This document shows positions 28,928-36,956 of a stretch of DNA of 64,000 nt, in pieces. The notes below the pieces were generated by a model. It ran no database searches. It was not told the origin of the DNA and saw only the letters and a program-made list of their open reading frames with translations. The stretch spans positions 48,617 through 112,616 of the forward strand of contig CALXXN010000003.1 in the NCBI GenBank assembly GCA_944392695.1. Reading direction: 5' to 3'. Position 1 is the stretch's first letter, and each line of letters begins with the position of its first letter. Position numbers and translations under genes: made by a program. This stretch comes from an uncultured Spirochaetales bacterium (GTDB taxonomy: Bacteria > Spirochaetota > Spirochaetia > Sphaerochaetales > Sphaerochaetaceae).

Positions 28928-30298
28928 GTGCGCTCATACAGGGTTGATTTTGATAAAAGCTCAGTTGCGAGGTCTATCCTGCTGACCTCACTGCCACTGA
29001 TCGTGGCAGAACTCGTCAACCTTCTTTACAGCCAGGTCGACCGCATCTACATCTCACATATGTCAGGTGTTGGCTCGACAGCCTTGACCGGTGTTGGCCT
29101 CTGTCTTCCCATCATAAGCCTTATCAGTGCCTTCGCCAGGCTTTTCGGGTCAAATGGAGGAGGTCCTCTTTGTGCGATGGAGCTGGGACGTGGGGACAAG
29201 GCTGAAGCTGAGTCATACCTCAGGGAGTCCTTCACCTTGACCCTTGCCACTGGTGTCTTGATCACAGTCCTGGTCCTCATCTTCATCGACCCTGTGCTAC
29301 GGCTCTTCGGCGCGAGCGATGCCACCTTTCCATACGCAAAGGACTATCTTTCCATCTATGTGCTTGGGACGGTGCCTGTGCTCATATCACTGACGCTGAC
29401 ACCCTTCATCAACGCACTTGGCTATTCGTCAATTGGCATGATAGGCACAGTGCTTGGCGCTGTGACCAACATCGTGCTGGACCCCATACTCATCTTCGCT
29501 GCAGGGCTTGGGGTGAAGGGCGCCGCCTTGGCGACCTTGGTCAGCCAGATAGTCTCGGCCCTCTTCTGCATTGTCTTCCTGACGCGTGGACACTTGCCAA
29601 TCAAGCTCTCCATCAGCCGTCTCACACGCAAGCGCACACTCAGGCTCTGCGCACTTGGCACAAGTGGGTTCACGATGGGGGCGACGAACTCCATCGTCCA
29701 GCTCGTGTGCAACAAGTGCGCCGCCATCTGGGGCGGGGACCTCTATGTCGGTGTGATGACAATCCTCAATTCCTTGAGGGAGGTCTTCTCGACGCCAATC
29801 AATGGATTCTCTGGTGGGGCAGGGCCGGTGATGAGCTACAACCATGGCAAGGGCGATGGCGTCAAGGTCCGCAAGGCAAGCGACATGCTCCTTTGGATGA
29901 TGCTGGTTTATACCGGACTTGTCTGGGCTGTGCTTTATATCTTCCCTGATCCATTCATCCGCCTCTTCGCAAGTGATGAGGCCCTTGTCACTGCGACACA
30001 CCATGCCATGAGAATCTACTTCTTTGGTTTCATCTTCATGTCCTTCCACATGTCTGGTCAACAGACCTTTGTCGCACTTGGCTGTGCCAAGCAGGCAGTC
30101 TTCTTCTCTCTATTCAGGAAGGTCGTCATCGTCGTCCCACTGACCATCATCCTGCCTTACCTCATGGGTGTGGATGGTGTTGTCGCAGCTGAACCAATCA
30201 GCAATTTCATTGGAGGCATGGCGACTTACCTCACAATGCGCTTCACTGTCTACAGAAGGCATGCCACACCTGTTGCAAGACCCACTCCCATGGCCTAA
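28928..30298 (+). CDS. MATE family efflux transporter
   Basis: About 12 TM helices with a MatE-like N-terminus (ILLTSLPLIVAELVNLLYSQVDRIYISH). The ORF track opens at TTG 28886; GTG 28928 with GGAGG 9 nt upstream is preferred. Confidence 0.85.
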   Translation: MRSYRVDFDKSSVARSILLTSLPLIVAELVNLLYSQVDRIYISHMSGVGSTALTGVGLCLPIISLISAFARLFGSNGGGPLCAMELGRGDKAEAESYLRESFTLTLATGVLITVLVLIFIDPVLRLFGASDATFPYAKDYLSIYVLGTVPVLISLTLTPFINALGYSSIGMIGTVLGAVTNIVLDPILIFAAGLGVKGAALATLVSQIVSALFCIVFLTRGHLPIKLSISRLTRKRTLRLCALGTSGFTMGATNSIVQLVCNKCAAIWGGDLYVGVMTILNSLREVFSTPINGFSGGAGPVMSYNHGKGDGVKVRKASDMLLWMMLVYTGLVWAVLYIFPDPFIRLFASDEALVTATHHAMRIYFFGFIFMSFHMSGQQTFVALGCAKQAVFFSLFRKVVIVVPLTIILPYLMGVDGVVAAEPISNFIGGMATYLTMRFTVYRRHATPVARPTPMA

Positions 30299-30321
30299 GA
30301 TTCTTATCATCAGGAGAAGCT

Positions 30322-30939
30322 ATGTCGAAGGAATTCATAACATGCGACATGATCCGGGACGCTGCCTTGAAACTCGTCTACAGGATGTACACAGAAGACC
30401 ACTTCGTGCCGGACGTCATCTATGACTCATTGAGGGGAGGCGCCTACATGGCCAATGTCATGAGTGAGTTCTACAAGCTCATAGCCCTCAAGGAAGGCAA
30501 GACGCCTGTCTTCTATGCTGCTGTAGTCGCGCGCAGCTACAACCTCGTCAAGGACCATGCTGGTCATGTCGACATCGATGGTTGGACCTGGTCACCACGC
30601 AACCTCAAGCCAGGGCAGAAGGTCCTCATTGTCGATGACATCTTCGACACAGGCATGACTGTCAACGCCCTTGTATGTACTGTAATGGACTGTGGCATCC
30701 CAAGGGAGGATATCAAGGTGGCTGTCTATGACTACAAAGTGCCTCTCTTCAAGAACGAGAAGCCCCTTCCAATCCAGCCTGACTACTGGTGCCGCAAGCA
30801 TGTCCTTGAGAAACCAGAGGATGAGAGGTGGATCCACTACACCTGTCATGAGTTCATCGGACTCACCCATGATGAAGTCGATGAGGTCTACACAGACAGC
30901 GAGGTCCGTGAGATCCTGCACAAGATCCTTGAAGACTGA
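30322..30939 (+). CDS. Phosphoribosyltransferase (purine PRTase-like)
   Basis: 205 aa with the PRPP-binding motif KVLIVDDIFDTGMTV. Size and layout resemble xanthine/hypoxanthine-guanine PRTases. Specificity unknown. Confidence 0.7.
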   Translation: MSKEFITCDMIRDAALKLVYRMYTEDHFVPDVIYDSLRGGAYMANVMSEFYKLIALKEGKTPVFYAAVVARSYNLVKDHAGHVDIDGWTWSPRNLKPGQKVLIVDDIFDTGMTVNALVCTVMDCGIPREDIKVAVYDYKVPLFKNEKPLPIQPDYWCRKHVLEKPEDERWIHYTCHEFIGLTHDEVDEVYTDSEVREILHKILED

Positions 30940-30993
30940 AAAACAAGTTCCAATCGTCATGTAAGAGAGAAGGGAGCCCGCTTGGACTCCCTT

Positions 30994-31020
30994 CATCGTC
31001 ATCATCATCATCATCATCAT
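30994..31020. repeat. Trinucleotide microsatellite (CAT)n
   Basis: CAT CGT (CAT)7 at 30994-31020, with the perfect (CAT)7 at 31000-31020. It sits in the 92-bp gap between convergent genes, just after a 7-bp hairpin AAGGGAG/CTCCCTT (30970-76 / 30987-93). Confidence 0.9.
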
Positions 31021-31031
31021 GAGTGTCTGCT

Positions 31032-32174
31032 TCAGAGCTGATGGATATCGCCATCAAGGATTTGGAAGAAGCCCTTATCACGAGTAAGCATGTAAAGCTT
31101 TCCTTCATAATAAGCGAAGGCATCAGCTTCAAGTCCTGTGCTTGTGTCGAATGGGCTGCTGTTGTGGTCAGTTGAATCGAGCTCAAGAGTGTACATCTTA
31201 GATGTGGATCCTGCTGAGTAGTTCAGCCACTTGATCACCTGGTCGCCCTCATTTCCCATGATGATGCATTCAAATGGCCTGTTGTAAGCTTCTTCAATTG
31301 TCGCGATGTATTTCAGCTTTATCTGGGTGTCAGCAGTATCAGCAGAAGGTATATCACCTTCATAGAACTTGAGCCCATCATTGTAGCTGACAGCAACCAT
31401 TCTATTTGCATCGCTGTCGATTGCAACAGCCTGGATTGGGTTGTCGCCTAGCTCTCCAGCAAGATCAGAGATTGGATCACCCGCAGAATTACAGAAGATG
31501 ACTTCTTTCCCAAGGAACTGGAACTTGTAGTTGCCATACCAGATGAGTCCATTGCGTATTTCATGGTAGTCCTCAATCAGCGGGTCATCTGTATAAGCTT
31601 TGAGGGTCAACGTCGTGCCAGAGAGAGTTGCAGATGCGAGATAAGACGTGCTGTCCGATTCACTTTGCGCCTTGACAAGCAGGATTGGATCATCTCCTGT
31701 TGCAGCATTCTGAACAACCTCATGGATCCGGATTTCTGATAGGTCTGGAAGCTCAGTCGATGTGGATTCAACAGCAAGTGTCAACTTCTGAATATCCGGC
31801 GTATTGGAATCACTTGCGATAGTGATCAGGTAATAGTCTTGATGAGTTGCATAATCATCAACATAGATGAGCCTTGTGTTATTGTCACTATCCGCAATCA
31901 TCCAACCAACATCTGCCGAGTTCTGAATGAAGACCTCCCTGTCATCAAGCAGGATTTCATTTGCACCATTATCGACATCGAGTTTGAAAAGGCCATCAAC
32001 CCTGGTGTAGTAGAAGATGCCATTTGTCTCATCGAATGCGATGAAGTGACGGTTCCTGTTGTCAGATGGGATGCTGTTGATGACATCTGTCAGGATGCCG
32101 CTGTTGTCCAGGTTGCAGGATGATAGTGCGATGAGCGCTATGAGTGCGACGATTATTGTCCTGATTTTCTTCAT
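31032..32174 (-). CDS. Hypothetical lipoprotein (beta-propeller-like repeats?)
   Basis: 380 aa with a lipoprotein signal MKKIRTIIVALIALIALSSC. Recurrent short Tyr/Asp/Gly-rich strands (IFYYTRVDGLFKLD, RLIYVDDY, KLYMLTRDKGFFQI). AT-rich codon usage relative to the core genes. Confidence 0.55.
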   Translation of the reverse strand: MKKIRTIIVALIALIALSSCNLDNSGILTDVINSIPSDNRNRHFIAFDETNGIFYYTRVDGLFKLDVDNGANEILLDDREVFIQNSADVGWMIADSDNNTRLIYVDDYATHQDYYLITIASDSNTPDIQKLTLAVESTSTELPDLSEIRIHEVVQNAATGDDPILLVKAQSESDSTSYLASATLSGTTLTLKAYTDDPLIEDYHEIRNGLIWYGNYKFQFLGKEVIFCNSAGDPISDLAGELGDNPIQAVAIDSDANRMVAVSYNDGLKFYEGDIPSADTADTQIKLKYIATIEEAYNRPFECIIMGNEGDQVIKWLNYSAGSTSKMYTLELDSTDHNSSPFDTSTGLEADAFAYYEGKLYMLTRDKGFFQILDGDIHQL

Positions 32175-32186
32175 GATCCACCCCCA

Positions 32187-32798
32187 CTACTGCCTATAAG
32201 TCACTGCGAGCGTCACTGGAACCATGGTGAGGAGGGAGTTCTTATGGAAGTCGCTCTGCTGGAAATAGAGTTCTGGAATGGCCCAGAAACCTGCCTTGAC
32301 GCCGACACCCCAGTTGTCAGTGAAGTACCAGTCAAGCCCGAGCTCCGCTGAGAGGAAGAATGGGATGTAGGCTCCACCGTCGGAGATAGACATGTATGAG
32401 AATCCCGCACCAAGCGAGATCGGCATCTCAATCGTGCCCTGCAATGGCATGAATGTCACCTTGAAGAGGAAGGGGACGTTGGTAAGGATGTTGCCAGCTG
32501 CGTCATAGTTGAAGGCGTAGCCGATTTCACCACCAAGGGCGACATAGGGGTTGACGAAGACCTGGTAGGCAAGCGATCCAAAGCCACCAAGGCTGAGGCG
32601 TGTCTTGGTGTCATCGGGGTTGTCGTAGCCCATTCCGACCCTGTTCCCCTCATCAGTTGTTATCGAGATGGGGAAGGTCGGACCAGCAGTGATGGTGAAG
32701 CGCTGGCTTCCATTGTCGTAATAGGTGGCGCTATGAAGCGGTGCCAGGGCGGTGAATATGAACAACGCGATGGCAATATACTTGAAGCGTTTTCTCAT
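32187..32798 (-). CDS. Small outer-membrane beta-barrel protein (OmpW/OmpA-beta-barrel-like, putative)
   Basis: 203 aa with a signal peptide (MRKRFKYIAIALFIFTALAPLHSA). Alternating aromatic/Gly-rich beta-strand pattern (SLGGFGSLAYQVFVNPYVALGGEIGYAFNY..., GVGVKAGFWAI). Lies 12 nt upstream of the lipoprotein gene on the same strand. Confidence 0.5.
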   Translation of the reverse strand: MRKRFKYIAIALFIFTALAPLHSATYYDNGSQRFTITAGPTFPISITTDEGNRVGMGYDNPDDTKTRLSLGGFGSLAYQVFVNPYVALGGEIGYAFNYDAAGNILTNVPFLFKVTFMPLQGTIEMPISLGAGFSYMSISDGGAYIPFFLSAELGLDWYFTDNWGVGVKAGFWAIPELYFQQSDFHKNSLLTMVPVTLAVTYRQ

Positions 32799-32879
32799 GA
32801 GTCTGAATATAGACTAAAAGTGTTGCTGTGTCCAAACCTCATTGCTTCTAGGCCTTCCTTCCACGTAAAATCCACAATC

Positions 32880-33764
32880 ATGAACTGCAAGATAGATGGA
32901 AGGCAGGTCGCCTCACTTGAGCGGCTGCGCATAAAAGAGGGCGTGGATGCTTATGCCGCATCCTATGGACGCGCTCCTTCGCTTGCCGTCGTCCTGGTCG
33001 GGGACGATCCTGCGAGCATCAGCTATGTCACAAGCAAGCAACAGGCCTGCGAGGAACTTGGAATCAGGCATGTCGATTACAAGCTTGATGCGTCCACAAG
33101 CGAGGACGAGCTCCTGGCATTGGTTGAGACGCTCAACAAGGATGATGACATCGATGGGATCCTGGTACAGTTCCCAACCCCAACCCAGATCAACGATGAA
33201 CACATCATGTTGGCGATCGCACCAGCAAAGGATGTCGATGGGCTCAACCCTGTCAATGCAGGCTTGACCCTCATGGGGCGTCCTTCTCTTGTGCCATGCA
33301 CGGCGCTTGGCATACTGGTCCTCCTTGACCATTATTCAATCAGCACTTCGGGCAAAAGGGTCTGTATCATAGGACGCAGCGCCCTTGTCGGGCGTCCGCT
33401 TGCAGCCCTGTTGATGCAACATGGACGCGATGCCACAGTGACAGTATGTAATACCAGGACAAGAGACCTCGCCTCCATCACGCGTGAGAGCGATATCATA
33501 GTTGTCGCCGCAGGTCATCCTGGAACCCTCACCGCTTACATGGTCAGGGAGGGCGCTGTGGTGATTGATGTCGGAACGAACAGGATTGCTGATGAGACGC
33601 GTGAACGTGGATGGCGCCTTGTCGGTGATTGTGATTACGCACAGATAAGGAAGAAGGCCTCCTACATCACTCCGGTCCCTGGAGGGGTGGGGCCTATGAC
33701 GATAACAATGTTGATGTCCAACACGCTTCTGGCGGCACGACGTCGCAAGGGGGAGGTCTTATGA
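32880..33764 (+). CDS. folD: Bifunctional methylenetetrahydrofolate dehydrogenase/cyclohydrolase FolD
   Basis: LAVVLVGDDPASISYV, ILVQFPTP, GRSALVGRP and PVPGGVGPMTI. The ORF-track start 32733 overlaps the divergent OMP gene; ATG 32880 (MNCKIDGRQVA) gives a normal 294-aa FolD. Confidence 0.93.
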   Translation: MNCKIDGRQVASLERLRIKEGVDAYAASYGRAPSLAVVLVGDDPASISYVTSKQQACEELGIRHVDYKLDASTSEDELLALVETLNKDDDIDGILVQFPTPTQINDEHIMLAIAPAKDVDGLNPVNAGLTLMGRPSLVPCTALGILVLLDHYSISTSGKRVCIIGRSALVGRPLAALLMQHGRDATVTVCNTRTRDLASITRESDIIVVAAGHPGTLTAYMVREGAVVIDVGTNRIADETRERGWRLVGDCDYAQIRKKASYITPVPGGVGPMTITMLMSNTLLAARRRKGEVL

Positions 33765-35041
33765 GGAAGTACAAACTTGAGTCCTATGGCTGCCAGTTGA
33801 ACATGGCAGAGGCCAATGCCCTGGAACTCCTGCTGAAAGGCGCAGGCTTCGAGAGGACGGAGGACGACGATGAGGCCTCTGCTGTCATACTCAACACCTG
33901 CTCTGTCCGCAAGAGTGCAGAGAACAGGATCTGGGGCCGCCTGTCCCATTACGCCCATATCAAGAAGAAGGTGCATCCAATCAAGATCATCGTCACAGGA
34001 TGCATGGCTGAGCGTCTGAAGGAGGACTTCCTCAAGGAAGCACCCTATGTCGATGCTGTCGTGGGCACGAATGACAAGATGGGCATCGTCAACCTGCTCT
34101 CGGATGAGGCGCTTCCCCATAGCGAGGGTTATCACTTCGCATCAAGCTACCATCATGATGGCGATCCCATGTCTTATGTGCCAATCATGAATGGTTGCAA
34201 CAATTTCTGCTCATACTGTATCGTGCCTTACGTCAGGGGCAGGGAGGTCAGCCGCCCCGTGGATGAGGTGATCCGCGAGGTCCTGGCACTGGAGGAGGCG
34301 GGAGTCAAGGAGATCATGCTCCTAGGACAGAACGTCAATTCATATTCTTTCCAGGGTGTGGATTTCCCAAGACTGTTGAAAGAGGTGGCTGAAGCTGTCC
34401 CACGCATTGAGTTCATACGCTTCGATTCCCCACATCCCAAGGATTTCAGCGAAAACCTTGTGAAGGTGATTGATGATCATATGAACATCTGCCGCCATAT
34501 CCACCTGCCCATGCAGTCAGGTTCATCAAGGATCTTGAAATTGATGAACCGCAAGGCGGGCAGGGAGGACTTCTTCCGCCTGGTCGACCTGATCCGTGCG
34601 GGAATCAAGGATGTCAGCTTCTCAACTGATGTCATGGTCGGTTTCCCGACAGAGACAGAGGAGGAGTACGAGGAGACATTGAGCGCGATGGAGCGTCTTT
34701 CCCCGATCGAGGCCTTCATGTACTACTACAACGAGCGTGAAGGCACCCCTGCCGCCAGGATGGATGGTCAGATTGACGAGGAGGTCAAGACCGCCCGTCT
34801 TGAGCGCCTGATTGATGAGCAGCTCAAACGTGCATCCCGTTTGAAGAGTGCCTACATCGGTCGGAAGGTCCGTGCGCTTGTCACTGGCGTGACCCGTGAC
34901 GACAGCACGGCCATGCTGGCCCGCGATGAGCACAACTGCATGACAGCCTTCCATCCAACACATCCTGTCGGGCCAGGTGATGTCGTCGATCTTGAGTTGG
35001 AAGCCCTCAAGGGCAATACGTTCACAGGGAGGATGTTGTGA
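33761..35041 (+). CDS. miaB: tRNA-2-methylthio-N6-dimethylallyladenosine synthase MiaB (radical SAM methylthiotransferase)
   Basis: 426 aa. N-terminal UPF0004 cysteines (SYGCQLNMAE ... NTCSVR ... TGCMA), radical-SAM motif GCNNFCSYCIVPYVRG and a C-terminal TRAM-like end. ATGA overlap with folD. Confidence 0.88.
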   Translation: MRKYKLESYGCQLNMAEANALELLLKGAGFERTEDDDEASAVILNTCSVRKSAENRIWGRLSHYAHIKKKVHPIKIIVTGCMAERLKEDFLKEAPYVDAVVGTNDKMGIVNLLSDEALPHSEGYHFASSYHHDGDPMSYVPIMNGCNNFCSYCIVPYVRGREVSRPVDEVIREVLALEEAGVKEIMLLGQNVNSYSFQGVDFPRLLKEVAEAVPRIEFIRFDSPHPKDFSENLVKVIDDHMNICRHIHLPMQSGSSRILKLMNRKAGREDFFRLVDLIRAGIKDVSFSTDVMVGFPTETEEEYEETLSAMERLSPIEAFMYYYNEREGTPAARMDGQIDEEVKTARLERLIDEQLKRASRLKSAYIGRKVRALVTGVTRDDSTAMLARDEHNCMTAFHPTHPVGPGDVVDLELEALKGNTFTGRML

Positions 35042-35826
35042 TGGACAGCTACCGTGAGGATGAAGCTCTCTTCAAAGAGAAGTTCGAGCGTTTCAAGGAG
35101 ATTTATCCCAAGGATGGGCGCGTGGCTGTCTTCACAGGCGCTGGTGTCTCAACCCTCTCCGGCATCCCTGATTTCAGAGGCAGCCACGGTGTCTATAACT
35201 CACCCTGGCATGGCCTCAGTGTGGAGGAGGTCCTCTCATTGGACTTCTTCTACGAGCATCCAGAGGTCTTCTACGCCTGGGCTGAGGAGGTCTGGTACCA
35301 TCTTGAGGATTATGAACCGAACATCGTCCACAAGGCACTGGCGAAGCTGGAGGCGGAGGGTATGATGGGCTTTGGCCTTTTCACACAGAACATAGACTTC
35401 ATGCACCAGAGGGCAGGGAGCAAGAGGGTCTATGAGCTGCATGGCTCCGCAGCCACAGCCTATTGCACCAACTGCCATTCCTTCCACAAGTATGAGGAGA
35501 TCGCACCAATTGTCAGGGAAGGGAAGGTGCCACGCTGCAGCCAGTGTGGTGGCCTGATCAAACCAGACATCGTGTTCTACGGAGAGGCGCTCTCCTCAAG
35601 TGTGATCCGCCAGGCTGAGATCTCATTCTCTCAAGCGTCACTTGCCTTGGTCATGGGGAGTTCCCTGACAGTCTATCCTGCCGCCGCCTTCCCTCGGCTT
35701 ACGAAGATGAGTGGCGGGAAGACCGTGATCATCAACGCCCAGCACACCGATCAGGATGCTGATGCCACCCTCTGTTTCAAGGACCTTGGTCAATTCTCAC
35801 AAGCCTTGCTTGACTGGTTGACTTGA
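35038..35826 (+). CDS. cobB: NAD-dependent protein deacylase (sirtuin, CobB-like)
   Basis: 262 aa. GAGVSTLSGIPDFRG, QNIDFMHQRAG, HG and a Zn ribbon CTNC...CSQCGG. ATGA overlap with miaB. Confidence 0.88.
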   Translation: MMDSYREDEALFKEKFERFKEIYPKDGRVAVFTGAGVSTLSGIPDFRGSHGVYNSPWHGLSVEEVLSLDFFYEHPEVFYAWAEEVWYHLEDYEPNIVHKALAKLEAEGMMGFGLFTQNIDFMHQRAGSKRVYELHGSAATAYCTNCHSFHKYEEIAPIVREGKVPRCSQCGGLIKPDIVFYGEALSSSVIRQAEISFSQASLALVMGSSLTVYPAAAFPRLTKMSGGKTVIINAQHTDQDADATLCFKDLGQFSQALLDWLT

Positions 35827-35871
35827 TATAGTGAAGTAAGGCGCATGCTTGGTTGCTGATGTCATTGAGAT

Positions 35872-35911
35872 GGGAAAACGAAAGACAGCGTGGCCTTTGA
35901 ACCACGCTGTC
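35872..35911 (-). terminator. Rho-independent terminator of ssrA (hairpin may also stop cobB transcription)
   Basis: 10-bp stem GACAGCGTGG (35884-93) / CCACGCTGTC (35902-11), 8-nt loop. On the minus strand it is followed by UUUCGUUUUCCC. Confidence 0.65.
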
Positions 35912-35918
35912 CTTGTCG

Positions 35919-36292
35919 TGGAGGTGAGGAGATTCGAACTCCTGTCCTACCGGGGCATCCTGAAGCGTCTACAGAGCTTAGCCACAGCGTTCAAATCTCC
36001 TGGATGGGCTACATGGTGTGGCGCACGTTCCCTTCCAGCAGCCGCTTGATCTCCCCCTCAAGGCGCGGCGGCAAGAGGGGCGAGGCTCCCTGAGGTGTCG
36101 GACAGCCTTGGGCGGGAACCGGACCCTTGGCGCCGTGCTCAGACACTACGATTAGGCAGCGAGAGCGAATGCTTCGTCAGAGACGTACTCGTCTTCTTTC
36201 TTGGCAGTTGATTGTTTTGATAGTTTTACAAGTTGTCGCTTGGCCTGCAGCCCCAGACCTGCTCTGCCGGCAGTCGAAACCGGTACACCCCC
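35919..36292 (-). ncRNA. ssrA: tmRNA (SsrA), one-piece
   Basis: Minus-strand 5' end GGGGGUGUACCGGUUUCGAC. The 3' end is GGACAGGAGUUCGAAUCUCCUCACCUCCA. The acceptor stem GGGGGUG/CACCUCC includes the G3:U alanine-identity pair, and the T-arm reads GAGUUCGAAUCUC. The internal tag frame GCC AAG AAA GAA GAC GAG UAC GUC UCU GAC GAA GCA UUC GCU CUC GCU GCC UAA (36205-36152) encodes AKKEDEYVSDEAFALAA. The 3'-terminal CCA is not encoded, since the genome continues CGAC. Confidence 0.85.
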
Positions 36293-36347
36293 GTGTGACC
36301 AGCTGTCTGGTGTTGAGGAATATAACAAGGGGAAGGGAGGAAATCAA

Positions 36348-36956
36348 GTGGAGGCCTTGATTGCCTCCCGCCTGAATGGTTACTTTCCATCTTGTATGGA
36401 CGACAACAGGATATCAAGGACGACAATGAAGCTCAGGGCGGCCCTGCTGCGCCTCCTCGAGGATGGGAAGATCGAAGACATCAGTGTCACGAAGCTCTGT
36501 AGTGAGGCAGGGGTGGGCCGCAACACCTTCTATGCCCACTACCACTCGCCATCAGATGTCCTGGAAGGTATCGAGCTTGAGTTGTTGGACAGGATGATGG
36601 AGACCTTGTCGAAGGTCGAGGCGGCCTCAATGGACCTTCAGCACTTTGTCAATTCCATACTGCGCACAGTCGATGCCAACCGCAGCATATGCACCCTCAT
36701 CCTCAGACAGGGCAGGAGCCGCTTCATCACTGGAATCATCGATTATCTTGAGACTCCGACGCTCTCGGCCTGGGTTGGGGCGGGGATGAGCCCTGTCGAG
36801 GCGGAATACACCTACCACTACTGTGTCTCAGGCGCCCTTGCCGTCCTGGAGCACTGGGTCATGAGTGGCTGCTCCCTGCCTGTGGAGGATGTGTCTCAGA
36901 TGATGAGCCGCCTGATCGACAGTGGCAGCGCCAGCCCTGTGAAACGCTATCAGTAA
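36348..36956 (+). CDS. TetR family transcriptional regulator
   Basis: HTH region ISVTKLCSEAGVGRNTFYAHYHSPSDVL. The ORF-track start 36201 would overlap the tmRNA. GTG 36348 follows GGGAGG by 7 nt, and ATG 36396 is an alternative start. Confidence 0.72.
   Translation: MEALIASRLNGYFPSCMDDNRISRTTMKLRAALLRLLEDGKIEDISVTKLCSEAGVGRNTFYAHYHSPSDVLEGIELELLDRMMETLSKVEAASMDLQHFVNSILRTVDANRSICTLILRQGRSRFITGIIDYLETPTLSAWVGAGMSPVEAEYTYHYCVSGALAVLEHWVMSGCSLPVEDVSQMMSRLIDSGSASPVKRYQ

Noticed and set aside
30322-30939. The PRTase and the nearby NTase as a retron, CBASS or other defence module.
   Set aside because: There is no reverse transcriptase, no msr/msd-like structured ncRNA, and no cyclase or effector genes nearby. 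The PRTase has the ordinary PRPP motif and purine-salvage size.
30592-31020. A minus-strand ORF beginning MMMMMMMTMKG.
   Set aside because: The poly-Met start is just the (CAT)7 microsatellite read on the other strand. The rest is antisense to the PRTase gene.
32733-32879. An N-terminal extension of the folD ORF. The same pattern occurs for phoH (11634-11708), lepB (38632-38898), ruvA (42297-42353), queA (43977-44012) and smpB (37421-37468).
   Set aside because: The extensions overlap neighbouring genes or lack homology-like sequence. Internal starts give canonical N-termini (MNCKIDG..., MEKVYAF..., MINALNG..., MLTKDYSF..., MAEKENFK...).
35038-35826. A Sir2-family protein as a possible anti-phage defence effector (Thoeris/DSR-like).
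   Set aside because: It is a compact 262-aa stand-alone sirtuin with a Zn ribbon, translationally coupled to folD-miaB. There is no SLOG/TIR/helicase partner or N-terminal extension. It is consistent with a housekeeping CobB-type deacylase.
36201-36347. An N-terminal extension of the TetR ORF (ORF track start 36201).
   Set aside because: It would overlap the 5' part of the tmRNA (up to 36292). A GTG with a strong GGGAGG RBS at 36348 gives a normal TetR length.
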